In this document: piece by piece, positions 31,388 to 45,020 of the stretch | Layout of the letters: each line of letters starts with the position of its first letter | Numbering within the stretch: position 1 is the stretch's first letter | Assembly (NCBI GenBank): GCA_964016885.1 | Contig: OZ024743.1 | Coordinates: forward strand, 346,146,001 to 346,210,000 | Reading direction: 5' to 3' | Origin: Eledone cirrhosa | Taxonomy: Eukaryota | DNA length: 64,000 nucleotides | Notes under the pieces: model-generated | What the model was told of the DNA's origin: nothing | The model's input: the letters and a program-made list of their open reading frames with translations, nothing else | The model's database searches: none | Position numbers and translations under genes: made by a program

Positions 31388-31788
31388 GCGCGCGCTAGTG
31401 TGTGTGTGCGTGTGCGTGTGTTGAATGATTCTGTCGAACAGAAAAATGAAGAAGTGCGCTCTATGTAAATTACAGAATTACAGTATTATATTATAGTTAT
31501 ATTCAGTACGATTTCAATGCTACCATTGTTTTCCGATCGCGTATTTGGCTTAGATTGTGCTATTGCACTTTCACATGCATGATACGAGTACCTATAAAAC
31601 AAACATGGCTTACGTTATTTTCATGATATCTCCTTTTTTGTGTATCCACAGAGCCACCACTTGTCTTATTTGATGACCCTTTAATAAACAGATGAAACTC
31701 CATCGTAACAAGACTCCATCTTGACCTAAACAAAGAGAATATCAAATGTTACTGTGATATTCAGTACACTTTCTAACGACTATTAATA

Positions 31789-31969
31789 TTGGCAGTAGCG
31801 GTAGAGTGTCGGACGCCATGCTTTGACGCAAAGAGTTACGGCCCTTTCCATTCTGACTTCAAATCCCGCCGAGGTTAACTTTGCCTTTCATCCTTACGGG
31901 GTCGATAAAATAAAGTACCAGTAATGCACTAAGCAATTGCTGGCCTTGTGCCAAAAGTAGAAACAATTA
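31789..31969 (+). mobile_element. SINE of the same family (further copies at 8190-8310 +, 30203-30390 -, 35993-36152 +)
   Basis: A-box-like TGGCAGTAGCGG, B-box-like motif, core and 3' end. Confidence 0.85.
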
Positions 31970-32006
31970 ATATATATATATACAGATATGTATATATATA
32001 TATATA

Positions 32007-33045
32007 TTAGTATGTATACGTACATACATATATGCATACAGACGTACAATAGTATGTAAATATATATACATACATGCACACATATCCATACGTACATATA
32101 TATATATATGTGTGCATGTATGTATATATATATATATATACATACTACTGTACGTCTGTATAGATTTATGTATGTACGTATACATACTTATATTTAAGTA
32201 ACAGCCGTACTAAGAGTGAGAAAGGAAATTTCGTTTCATTTTTTCCGTTTATCGTTTTCGGTACGCCGGCCGATTAACTCACTCGATATGCAAATTAGGC
32301 GGCTCAGCCGTTAATATGCATAAGGAAAGGTTATACTTTCAGACGTTCAACCATCTGGCAGGAAGGTATGCGTTGCTGACGATAGCTAATAAGATTGAAA
32401 CTAGTACAGCGTTCCATTGTCAGTGTTGAACAAATGGGCAACGATGGTTGGTAGACACTGTACGGCTTAATTCGGGATGTTTGTTTACAAACACACCGAG
32501 CATTATAATAAATGTGCGGTGAATCCATACGTACATATATATATGTGTGCATGTATGTATATATATATACACACTACTGTACGTCTGTATACATATATGT
32601 ATGTATATGTATGTACGTATACATACTTATATTTAAGTAACAGTCGTACTAAGAGTGAGAAATGAAATTTCGTTTCATTTTTTCCGTTGATCGTTTTCGG
32701 TACCCCGGCCGATTAACTCACTCGATATGCAAATTAGGTTGATCAGCCGTTAATATGTATAAGGAAAATTTATACTTTCAGACGTTCAACCATCTGGCAG
32801 GAAGGTATACGATGCTGACGATATCTAATAAGCTTGAAATTAGTACAGCGTTCCTTTATCAGTGTTGAACAAATGAGCAACGATGGTTGCTAGACACTGC
32901 ACGGCTTAATTCGGGATGTTTGTTTACAACCACACCGAGCATTATAATAATTGTTCGGTGAATCGATACGTACATATATATATATATGTGTGTATGTATG
33001 TATGTATATATATACATACTACTGTACGTCTGTATACATACATGT
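32007..33045 (+). mobile_element. Tandem 439-bp non-coding repeat with one minimal hammerhead per unit (retrozyme-like), with a short inverted piece at 32007-32085
   Basis: Two full units; CTGACGA cores at 32376 and 32815 (spacing 439). Confidence 0.82.
32370..32412 (+). ncRNA. Minimal hammerhead ribozyme (second copy at 32809-32851)
   Basis: GCGTTG-CTGACGA-tAGCT AATA AG(A/C)Tt-GAAA-CTAG-TA-CAGCGT; stem III is the palindrome ACTAGT. Confidence 0.8.
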
Positions 33046-33056
33046 ATATATATATA

Positions 33057-33586
33057 TTTCATATTGTTGTTCTGTATCCCCATGCATTGAACCACAAATT
33101 TACTAAGACAAAACCTATATATTTGCTGGCATGAGTATGCATCTGTATATATATGTTAGTAGATATACTAATTCTTTATAATTATCTCCAAATTATTTTG
33201 TTGAGCCAAAATTGGCCAAAACTGCTACTATAGTTCATAGTAATGGTTCGACTGCTGTCTTCTTAACAAACCACTCCTCACTGATTAACCTCGATGTCAC
33301 GTGATTGATTATTTTGAATTTGCCACCGACGCAGTAGGCAGTGATTTTTTCAATGGCTTGGAACTAAGTCTACGCTTTGCTTTTTTCCATCCACTGAATT
33401 ATTTTTGTATAAGTTCCCTGTGTCGCCTGGAAACTTAGCTGAGAATAGACTTCCCTGATGACGAAAGGCTTCTCCGTACGTTTCTTCGGAAACTATGTTT
33501 ATTCCCTTTCAGAAACTAATTAGTTGGACTGAAATTTTAGTAAGTAAGTTAATATTTATAATTTTCTTATTTTACGTCTTTCATAT
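33057..33586 (+). mobile_element. 522-bp non-coding HHR-bearing element, circularly permuted monomer
   Basis: Begins and ends with TTTCATAT, and its two ends are contiguous in the relative at 2990-3150. HHR-like CTGATGA(33455)-GAAAGG..CCTTTC-GAAA-CTAATTAG-TT with a weak stem I. Confidence 0.7.
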
Positions 33587-33602
33587 ATATATATATATAT
33601 AT

Positions 33603-34150
33603 ATTGGAAAATGTGTGTAATCCTTGGTACAGTTAGGTATATTAAGACAGGGGGGAAGAAAAAATGGCTTCACTTGTGCTTTCAACAAACTTATTTTCTT
33701 CACAAAATCCAAAAATAATTTTTTTTTTTTTTTTTTTACTTAATTTATAAAATAATTGTTTTTAAGAAAAAAATTTTTCTAATCCGGAAAAAAAATAAAA
33801 ATTCTTTTTGGATTTTGTGAAGAAAATAAATTTGTTGAAAGCACAAGTGAAGCCATTTTTTCTTTTTTTCTTCCCCCCTGTCTTAATATATATATATATA
33901 TATTAGTAAAAGTAAAAGAGAATGCTGACAAATTTACCCATTGAAAAATAGTTTAATTAGGAATAAGTATAAATTAGTAATAAGTTATATTTGAAAAGCG
34001 TTAGAAATGCGCAACCGGTAAAAACTTAAAACTAAATACTAACCAATACTTATTCCTAATTAAACTATTTTTCAATGGGAAAATTTGTCAGCATTTTCTT
34101 TTCCTTTTACTAATATATCACACCTCGTGTGTTACACCTCTATTTTTTTA
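33603..34150. repeat. Two adjacent fold-back elements (33603-33890 and 33898-34150) separated by (TA)n
   Basis: Inverted arms ~33638-33725/33800-33890 and ~33900-33970/34048-34117; each has one arm extended by 30-40 nt. Confidence 0.75.
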
Positions 34151-34151
34151 A

Positions 34152-34234
<83 letters not shown>

Positions 34235-34376
34235 AATATATATATATATATGTGTACACATATCTATATACACACATATATATATATATATACATATATA
34301 TATATGTATATATATACATATATATATATACATATATATATATACATATATATATATACGCATATATATATACATA

Positions 34377-34568
34377 TAGGAGAAAGTATGACCCCGACGG
34401 TAGAGCTCAAGCCGTTTCGACGGCTATTTCCAGAAATAGACGTCGAAACGGCTTGAGCTCTGATGTCGGGGTCATACTTTCTCCTATTACCCATTCTACT
34501 ACCCTAAGTATTGAGTACTCTTGTGCATTATGGTCCATCTGGTTCCTTACAACAACTCCTCCGTTATA
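34377..34568. repeat. Fold-back PLE-tail element with half hammerheads (relatives at 9404-9549, 38327-38466, 40157-40340)
   Basis: Hairpin 34377-34487 centred on GGCTATTTCCAGAAATAG. The arms carry GAAA-CGGC-loop-GCCG-TC-GGGGTC (family consensus), and one arm extends ~80 nt further. Confidence 0.8.
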
Positions 34569-35429
34569 TATACATATATATATATATATATATTTAGAGA
34601 GAGAGTGAGAGAGATTTATATATATATATATTTATATATGTATATATATAATGCGTCATATATATATATATGACGCATACACATGTACATACAGCGAATG
34701 ATGTGTAGTTTACGTTATAGAAAAGCAAGAGTAAAAATACAAATCTGATAAATGAAAAGAAAATGATAAAAGAAAAAAAAAACGATATAATAAACAATAT
34801 AAAAATACATAAATCCGTACATACATACCTGAAAGTAAATGTGCGGTATTTATTCTATACTCATAATTTCAACGTTAATTAGTAATTGGCACACCTGTAC
34901 ACAGGTATATGTAACACTATATTAACATATGCCGTCTGATTAAGTAGACTGTTTTATTTCATGTTTGCTTTTGATTTGTTTCTAGTCATATGTCAAGCGG
35001 ATTCCAGTCACCATTGACGCTGCTCACCTGAGTAGGCACTCGTTTGGCCGGTTTTTTGCTAAGTTATTAAGAGAGATGCGTTGTTACATGGTCGATGTGC
35101 TTGTAACGGAAGTTCTTGAATGCATGCGGGTTATTTAGTTTTCTTCATATCTTCTAATAACCTACGGTTTGTCATTTTTACCGAATTAATTCATGTTTTT
35201 TTAATACTTCCTTTTTTAGCTAATGAGAAAATTATCTTTGTTATGTGGCTCAGGTGCAGGCGAGTAGAATTTCGTTGTCAAAGAGTGTTTCACATATGTA
35301 TGCTAGTATGTATATGTATGTGTATGTGTTGTATGTATCTGTATATGTGTGTATGTATGTATGCATGGTTGTGTGTTCGTACGCATAAGGTATACATACG
35401 TACACACTCATATATATATATATATGTCC

Positions 35430-35626
<197 letters not shown>

Positions 35627-36620
35627 CATGCACACATACATATATACATATACGTGTATGTATGCTTAAATAAATATACTTGTCATTCATATAAATGTGT
35701 CACGTGCGTGCGTGTGTTTGGATGGGGCCTATGCATGTTGTTACAATCATGTATAGGTGTCGCTGGCTACTGAATGTGTACATCATCCTAATGATGATCA
35801 ATAAAAACAGGTGAAAGATGTATCAGTAATAATTGGTTTACCCTCTATCAACTCAGTTATCTTTATTTATTCAGTGGAGATATTGTGACATATTACTAAC
35901 GGAAACAAAATCTTAATCATTCACTTTTTGTGATACTTTTGGGCGTTTCAGCATAGCGAGTTTCACGCTATTATGTTTTCCACACAACATATTGGCGGTG
36001 GATTGGCAGTTTCGGTAGAGGGTCTGACACCATGCTTTACAGCAAAGAGTTACGGTTTCGATAATATAAAGTACCAGTAATACACTGTACCAGTAATACA
36101 AAGTACCAGTAATACACTGATATAATTGCTGACCTTCTGCCAAAAGTAGAAACCAGTATGTTCTCCATACAACAAAGATACACTTTATCTATTAAGGTAA
36201 AATACAATTAAAAGCACTCAACCACACATGTATCGTAAGGCAAAGGGATGGAATTCAACACATTTGTCATAGGGCATTTTATTCAGTACTACGTTTAAAT
36301 ATGGATGGAACAGGGTCAAATGATTAAGAAGCTGGTTTCGCAATCGTAGGTTCCCGCATGCGGTATCATTATATGTCATCTACGCCAGTGTCATTTACCA
36401 AAGTATCGGGTCGACGTAAGCGTTGAGACTCTACAAAAACTATTTTGGAAGCCAATCAGTAGGATTTTGTCACAAAATGCTGATCATTTAGAACTATAAC
36501 GTATAACCAGTTGTTGATCAAACAACTGGAGCAATCATCGGTGAAACGAGGAAGATCCGTTCCAGTCCATTGAGAATGACTTTCTATCCGATCATGTTGT
36601 ATTGTCTGCATACTCTAATG

Positions 36621-36953
36621 CAGGGGAGTGCAACAGGTGGCCCGCAGGCACAATCCGGCCCGCCAGACCAGTCAGAGTGGCCCGCGATCACCCGTTTTTA
36701 TTTTTAACTTGTAGGTTTATTTAGAATTATTTTCGTAACCGTAATACCATTTTCTGTTAGTGGACCTATGCTAAAGGGCTTCACTGATGGTGTATGTATT
36801 TTATAATTTCCCAGTTCCATGTTATGGAAAGAAGTTGTAGTTTTCATTAGACCGGGGTTTTCATTAGATTACATATTTTTGACAGCGACTGCCCCTAATA
36901 GTTGTTCCAATGTTCAAAAGTGGCCCGGCAATGGAATATGTGGCACAACCCTG
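36621..36953. mobile_element. hAT/Charlie-type MITE
   Basis: Degenerate TIRs CAGGGGAGTGCAAC / GTGGCACAACCCTG, subterminal GGCCCG repeats and a degenerate 8-bp TSD (CTCTAATG/TTTTAGTG). Confidence 0.7.
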
Positions 36954-39261
36954 TTTTAGTGTAACATATACTAGTAACGTGTAATATAATATATCCATCA
37001 TCCGTACCAGTCTAGTCGAATGAAATGGTTTGTTAGAAATCAGATTGGTCAACATTATCACCAGTCAAAAGGTGTTGTGTGTCCAGCGTAGTTTCGTCGA
37101 CTAACAAGCAATACTGGGAACACTTAGAAATGCCTGGTTACTGAGGCAATTTGGTGTGACAATCCTTAATCTTCGTTAAAACATGCCTTTAGAAGGGGCT
37201 ATTATAAAATATAACCCGCTTACGTATTGCGTCTAGTGTTTGAGAATAGAAACTGGAACGGCATAATCTGATAAACAGAAAGAGTTTACCTTGTCATGTG
37301 GCTATTTTATATTCAGAGATTTCATAGTTGATTGGGTGGGCACCAGTTATTTACTTACACGTATTTCATCGAAATCGGTTTTATACACTAAATTATCGAA
37401 AATTCACTATCGAAACCTAAACGACAGAACTAATGACTGTAAATAATTTAATACGATTAAACCAAATCCGCCATTCTACGTACAGTAAATATAGTACAAC
37501 ACGTGGTCTGTTAACACCGCTTCGACCTCATTACTACAATAATATACAAATCAGCTTTCAAGATGCTAGGAAATTTGACTCATCTAAATCAAACAATTAA
37601 AATGATTCAAATATTTATTTTATTTTCACTTGGCACAATATAAGAAGTTTAGAATCTTGATAAGATGTATGGACTATACTCTGGAAGTTAGCATTTTTGA
37701 GAGAACCTATGCATGACAACGGTATATTAAAAATCTTCTAAACCATATCGTGTTCTAAACTAATTCGGAGCTTCAAAATATTCTAGGCTACCAAACATTC
37801 CTTGTCACATTACCTGAAAGACAGCTAACGTATGACAAACAATTTCCGAGATAAAATAGAGAAGTAGTCACATCACACCTGATAGACAAAATTTCTGGTC
37901 TTTGAACTAGCGATCTCCTTAGCATTTCCCGACATATTAGCAGTACAGATCTGGTTCTTGCATTATTCGGGTTAATGTATACAAGTCTACATCGTATGAT
38001 ATCTTCAACATTTACAGGAGTGAGGCTGTCATAAGCATAAATCATTTCGGCTCGTTTTCAGAGGCTGGAGGACGATACTGTGCATCATGAACCGTCCTTT
38101 GGTAAAATAAATGCCACCTGACTGAAGCGTTTTGTATTGCATGCTCGCTCCACCAATGATGCTTAAAATCGCGTCTTCTCGGAGTATTTTTGAGTTGTAA
38201 TAATTGTTGTAGGAGTGGACGACGTCACATACAATTCTTTTCCAACTGGAATGTCGTGTTTGGGTACCGCGACAACGAACTCATAGCGGCGAATACGTCG
38301 GAAATCGATTGGTTTATATATACATATAACAAAGGAATTGTGGTAAGGAACCAGATGGACCATAACGCACCAGAGTACTCAATATTTAGGGTAGTAGGAG
38401 TGGAAAATATCAAAAAGTATGACCCCGACGGCAGGGCTCTAGCCGTTTCGACGACTATTTCTCCTATATATATATATATATTTGTTTTTCTATGTATATA
38501 GTTTCAGAAGATCCCGTTAAGGGTGAAAGCAGGGATTCTTTGCTTAAACTTTAATCTGTTATTTTAATAAATATATATATATATATATATGCGCGCGCGT
38601 GTGTGTGTGTGTGTATGTGTGTATGTATATATATATATTATGAAAATAAGAAAAACAGTAGACAATGCTAATGGGATCTTCTCATAGAATAACAGCAAAA
38701 CATTTATTTTTTAAAAATGCAATTAATCGTACCGGTGTCAGCCAACTGTTGTTTAGGCTACTTCATGCTACAGGAAATATGATTAAAAGGTGTATTATAA
38801 AATTAAGGTGTATATTAATAGAAGCGAACATAGTTTAGATACATATCAAAGAGTTCACATTTTCGTTTATCTCTCTCTCTGTCTCTGTCTTCCTTTGTTG
38901 TTCCTGGTTATGGTCTGACAATAATTATATACACTGAACTATTCGGGTTTTATCATATTTACGAACCCACTTCTCTTCTATTAATTGATATATGGTTTGC
39001 GCTTTCTTGTACTTTCCATTTTATCTTAAGGGTAGGCTTGTGGATCTAGAACAAATAAATTGAAGCAAGAAATTTACTCGAATGTTTCGATTTTAGACAA
39101 GCTGGAATAAAATATTCGACTAAATTGGCGGAAATATTTTTGGAATTAAAGAACAGAGATGTACCCTATAAAATGACGTAGAGTATACTACAAAAGCCCA
39201 AATAATGTATACAAGAACCGAAGAGTTTAAGCGGTTTTAGCAATGAGAAAATCAGGAGGTA

Positions 39262-39810
39262 TGTTTTTTGTCCTTGCAGGGTGTCCAAAATCACCCTCCT
39301 CACCAAGTAAACTTGGTGGGGTTGCCGGTTTAGTCGCCGACCGACTCGACCATGCGACAGGTTGTACTGGGTTACATGTTACCAGTAGCACTCAAGAGTG
39401 ACCCGACATACATACATACATACATGGTGGCTGCCAACTCGTTTTCGAGTACGGCCACTACTTTATATCCATGTAGGAGAACCCCTACCGATGCGCTGAA
39501 CGAGTGACTTTTTAGTCCAGCCAGCGACTTGAAAACTCTGGTACAAACACTACACTTGTGACAATTATTGACACATAGTGCTGGGCCCATGGTACCATGT
39601 GACGACAAGTGCAGAGAGATCTTAAGATATAAAGCAATGCCTGTGCCGTGAAGCTTTTATAGTGAGCAAAGGCACTGCACAAAGCCAGTCCCACTCTCTT
39701 AACCAAGATGATATTTACCAAAAAGAAGAACAAGTCAACATCATTGGATACCATCAGGGTTGCAGGTGTTATATCAGAGTTTTCCTTCTCCTAGAATTCT
39801 GCCTTGACAT
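39262..39810 (-). mobile_element. Two partial head-to-tail copies of the same bipartite RTE element in (CATA)n
   Basis: 39424-39810 matches 46628-47014 and 39262-39406 matches 47095-47236; they are separated and flanked by (CATA)n. Confidence 0.8.
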
Positions 39811-40113
39811 ACATACATACATACATACATACATACATACATACATACATACATACATACATACATACATACATACATACATACTGAGGCTTTAAATTAG
39901 AACCATTAGAGTCGGAACAAAGAGTCAGGTCATATAGTTAAACGCTTCATTATTTCAGCAAACCGAAGACCCTGGATATGTTCTGTGTTTATCGATACCG
40001 TAAGAAGGAAAAGTAAATTTGATTTCGGCGTGATTTGAAGTCAAATCGAACAGAGGCGGTATAAATGCCGAAGCATTCAATCCGAGACACAAACACACAC
40101 ACACACACACACA

Positions 40114-40158
<45 letters not shown>

Positions 40159-40338
40159 ACGAAGAAAGTGTGGTAAGGAACCAGATGGACAATAACGCAC
40201 CAAAGTACTCAATACTTAGAATAGTAGAGTGGATAATAGGAAAATGTTAAAGACCCCGACGGCAGAGCTCAAGCCGTTTCTGATTCCAGAAATAGCCGTC
40301 GAAACGGCTTGAGCTCTGCCGTCGGGGTCTTGAACATT

Positions 40339-40399
<61 letters not shown>

Positions 40400-40585
40400 A
40401 TGGATGTATGTGTGTGTGTATGTGTGCAAGTAGGAATACGAATGTATGTTTGTATGATTATTTGCATTTATGTAAGTAAGTACTTATGTACGGATACAGA
40501 AGAAAATCATGCAAAACATTGAAAAGTACATTCAGATATATACAATACTTATGTGTGCATACATAAGTATTGTATATATGTATGA

Positions 40586-40726
<141 letters not shown>

Positions 40727-40735
40727 GTATATATA

Positions 40736-40806
<71 letters not shown>

Positions 40807-40809
40807 GTG

Positions 40810-40847
<38 letters not shown>

Positions 40848-43800
40848 AAGGTTAGACAAGGTTCAATGAATAAATATAGAGAATAAGAAATATCACAAAT
40901 TCATCCAAATGGACATAGCAAGCTATTCTTCTTCTATTACACCTAACCTATTAAATAAGGCTTTATATTATGCTTACAAACATACAGATCTAACTACGGA
41001 TGAAATCGATATCATATTAATTGGTAGAAGAACTATAATTAATTTCAACAATGAATATTGGACCCGTTCAGATAGGAATAGAAACTTTGACATTACCATG
41101 GGATCATCGGACTCAGCGCAGGTCACGGATATTCTGGGGATTTTCATCTAAAATATGGTAAATAGAAAACTACCGGAGATTACCGGTGGTTTATTTAGGG
41201 ACGCTATTTTATTTACGGTTTGTCAAACATAGCAATACAGAACTAAATAGGGTTAATAAAACTATAATTGAATTCTTTAAAAATTACGACCTTAAATGAG
41301 AAGTTGAAAGTAGTAGCAAAATAGTTAATTTTCCTTAACTTAAACTCAGGTTTTTATTACCCTTTCCATAAGCCCAATGAAAACTTAAACTACGTTAGCT
41401 ATTACTCTAATCACCCTAAATCTGTGAAAAACGCAATAGTCAATAGTGTACAGAAACGCATAACTATAATACCCGCTAACAAATCCATATTTGATGAAAA
41501 AGCAGGATATTATAATGACACGCTACGAAAGGCAGGTTATAAAAATAATATAGAATATATGGATAATAATTTAACTTATAATCCTAATAAGATTAACATG
41601 TATAAACGAGATTCTAAAAATGTTAATACAAACACCACTACCGTGAATAATTTTGGAAAACAATTAGAACTAAATCAGTTATATGGTTCTGTAGCAATAA
41701 AAACTCCACTCGCAAATCTATTCTTTAAAGCTTAAAGCTTTAGATAAATCCTTCCCCATTCAACATAAATACTGTTCCATATTTAACAGACACACAATTA
41801 AGCTTCCTTATTCTACAACTATGAATATGGGCCAAAACATCGCTAAAATAAATAGTTGAATTCTAAATCAACATACATTTAACGATAATGAATATAATAA
41901 CACTAGCAATATTGACACTAGAAATAACAGTAACATCGCATTCAATAGAACATTTCGGAATACTAATAATGTTTAATGTAAATAGTACAATTTATAGTAA
42001 TAACAATAAATCGAAGTGTAATTGTAGAAATAGACCAGATTGCCGTCTGCAAAATAACTATCTTGATAGCAATCTGGTATATAAATGTACCGTAAAAGCA
42101 AATAACATCACATACAACTGTATAGGTGCAACTTCTTCGACATTTAAATCAAGATTTGCGAATCACAAATGCTCTTTTTCGAATCCTAATAGGAAATCTT
42201 CGACTTCTTTATCACAACTTATATGGTCATTAAAAGACAACAACTTAAAATACTTTATTTCTTGGGAGAAGTTATGTATAGTAGAATTTATTTGAATTCG
42301 TCAATATCACCTAACTGCAACCTCTGTACATGGAGACCCTTTTAATAATTACTGATTGTGAAAATTTAATTAACAAAAATACTGAATTATTCTCAAACTG
42401 CCCTCATAAAGCTTTATCTACATTCCAAGCCTCGCACTAAATAAGTAGGTTCTAATTTTGGACGTCTCTTATCAACTGTGTACCTAAAACGTTATAACAG
42501 ATTATAAAAGTTTAATCATTTTTATTTTTTAATTCTTTTATGATATGATTAATGTTAGATTAAAGGGTCCTGTTTAGTTATATAAACATATTATTGGTTA
42601 ACATGATCTCTTGAAGAAAGAGAATATCTTTTGATTGTTAAGATATATTTAATTTTTGACTGGGATTCTTGTATATATTTTTTTAATATATGGCTTATAC
42701 GCTTAACAATTATAATGTACCGTAAATCATTCATGCATTTATGTTTTTGTATATTTATTCATTTGGAGTATGTTTTACGATTCCGGAAGTTTAATTTATA
42801 TATTTTTATTGATATATATTTACGGTTATTTATATATATTACGGTCGACAAACTTCTTTCCACTTATCTTGATGTAAAACTTAAATTATAACATTACTAA
42901 CAATGATTGTACTAATTATTTATTATATTTATTATATGTATATCGATCACTAATATCTGGAATACTCTATTTATATTTGAACAAATCTGTATATCTAGTA
43001 TAATAACATGCTTCTAGTTACATTTATAAGTACTTTAAAGACTTTAATGACTTTCTAGTGTTATAATCGTTAAATATTTTCTAAATATTTTCTAAACTCT
43101 CTAAGTTATATAACGATTATTATTGATAAGTACTTTAGATACTTTAATGATTTTCTAGTGTTATAATCGTTAAATATGTTCTAAATATTTTCTAAATGTT
43201 CTAAGTTATATAGCGATTATTATTTAATTTAATTTATTTAAATTTGGCTTACCTTCGGGTCAATGAAATCCTTAGGCTTTCTCTTTCTCATGTTTGCAGA
43301 CACATACTACTATATAAATTTATAAAGAAAATCTAAGATCGCAGACAATTCACTTTTTTACTTTGAATCAGATTCTTATCCGTATGATTCAAGAAGTTTG
43401 ACTTGTATATTTATAGTTTATATGTGTTACATGACCTTATTATAATAATTGATCCAAAACCTTAATTTTTAATAATATTATCAATAACTTATTTATTGTA
43501 TTATATTATGTTATATATAAATGATAGGTATCATCTTAATTTTTAGACAATATAATCTTTGTTTATATTTAGACAAATGCATATATCTAATTTAATAATA
43601 AACTTGTTAAAGTTTAATTATAAGGCTTTTGATGCTTTAAGGCATTCTAATTGTTAATCTGAGTTTTAAAAAATTATAACTGTAATTATTTTATAAATTA
43701 TATAATGCGAATTATCTTCAATATAATATAAATAATTAAATATATTATAATAAAATTATTAAGATTTACCTTCTAGAGGATGAAAAATAGCATGACTTCT

Positions 43801-44614
43801 CTCTCATGCTTGCAAATAGTTTAAATATGAATTCATAAAATCACATTTTATGAATTAAATATGATAGTATACTTTAATATTAATACAGATATTTATAAAC
43901 ATTTATAGCCTGAAATATTATACACATTAATTAATTCATTACTCTGAACTAACTTAAATGATTTGAAAGTTAACGGTCAACAGGATACATTTGGATAGAA
44001 TATATAACTAATTAACTAAGGAAATTAACCTTTATTGATTACACCCAGTTATATTTTGGATTTAGATTGATGAATATTTCTAAATAATTCAATAATTCAA
44101 TGATTCGAGTTTACTCTATCGCATGGCCATGCCCAAATGTATAGTTATGTATAGATATATATATAATTCCTATAATTATAAGTAATCCTCTTTGTCTCCC
44201 TTTCCTTGATCAATTCTCTTTTGCTCTCTATACCCCTTCTAGCTATATTTTCTCCTCATCTGTTTTCTTTCTGTCTTTTTTCTTTCCTCTTTCTTCAATA
44301 ATTATTTGAATCTCTAACAGTTATGTAAATTACTGTTATGTATTTTTAAGCTTTCTTACACGCACCCTCTGTATTATATTTATTATATGTCAGTTTCTTC
44401 ATGTATCAATCTTAAGGTATATAAATATTGGGTTTTGTCATATCTTATTCACTACGATGACTGGATCTTAACCATCTACTATGTCAGGGTATGTCATGCA
44501 TCATCTTATTTTATCTGATGAGGACGTACTGTTGAAGTTAGCTCAGTACCTCTGAAATATGTATAATAAAAAATACTTGATCACAAGAAGTTCTATTTTT
44601 GTTAATATTTTGAA

Positions 44615-44620
<6 letters not shown>
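40848..44620 (+). mobile_element. Decayed 5'-truncated Naiad-like PLE (different family) with long AT-rich 3' UTR
   Basis: ORF fragments MDIASYSSSI, FDITMGSSDSAQVTD, CNCRNRPDC and LVYKCTV...CIGATS to ~42440, with stops and frameshifts. HHR near the 3' end; (TA)n flanks. Confidence 0.88.
44509..44571 (+). ncRNA. Hammerhead ribozyme
   Basis: TTTTAT-CTGATGA-GGA c GTACTG...CAGTAC c TCT-GAAA-T-ATGT-A-TA-ATAAAA. Confidence 0.8.
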
Positions 44621-44671
<51 letters not shown>

Positions 44672-44865
44672 GATAAATCTACCAAGAGTTTACGGTAGTG
44701 TCCAATCCGTATGAAGAACTCAATGTAATCCGGATATCATGGAAAGAAGAGATGCAATGAAAAATCACTTTCGGTGAAAGATAAACGGAATACAGAGTCA
44801 AGATAAACTATTAAAAAAATAATGAATAAAACAATGAAACAGTTCCTTATATTAAACAAAAAAAG

Positions 44866-45020
44866 TTCATTATTTAACGATCGTTTCTAGGATATATATG
44901 TGTTAGAATTGGCATGCATATTCAACAGATCTATGTACAAAATTATACAAAATTATACAAACTATCAAAATTAAATATACATACCAAACACATATATATG
45001 CCGTCTTCAGAAATAATGAA
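44866..45020 (-). ncRNA. Hammerhead ribozyme (inverted arm copy)
   Basis: Reverse complement of 50832-50986. Confidence 0.85.

Noticed and set aside
34820-34840. Minus-strand TTTCAG|GTATGT as a recursive splice site (and micro-exon-like motifs at ~30108-30129 and ~30657-30698)
   Set aside because: Such short motifs are expected by chance and no host gene is established.
37480-38050. Possible ancient piggyBac-like transposase traces on the minus strand
   Set aside because: Only vague motif echoes; no TIRs or TTAA junctions identified.
38640-39260. Degenerate PLE 3' end with HHR-like CATGAAGT...GACACCGGTA (minus)
   Set aside because: Both core boxes are mutated and the ORF similarity is too weak to call.
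40848-42440. In-frame TGA codons as selenocysteine (a known Naiad trait)
   Set aside because: They do not fall at conserved Cys positions, the copy has many other lesions, and no SECIS was recognised.
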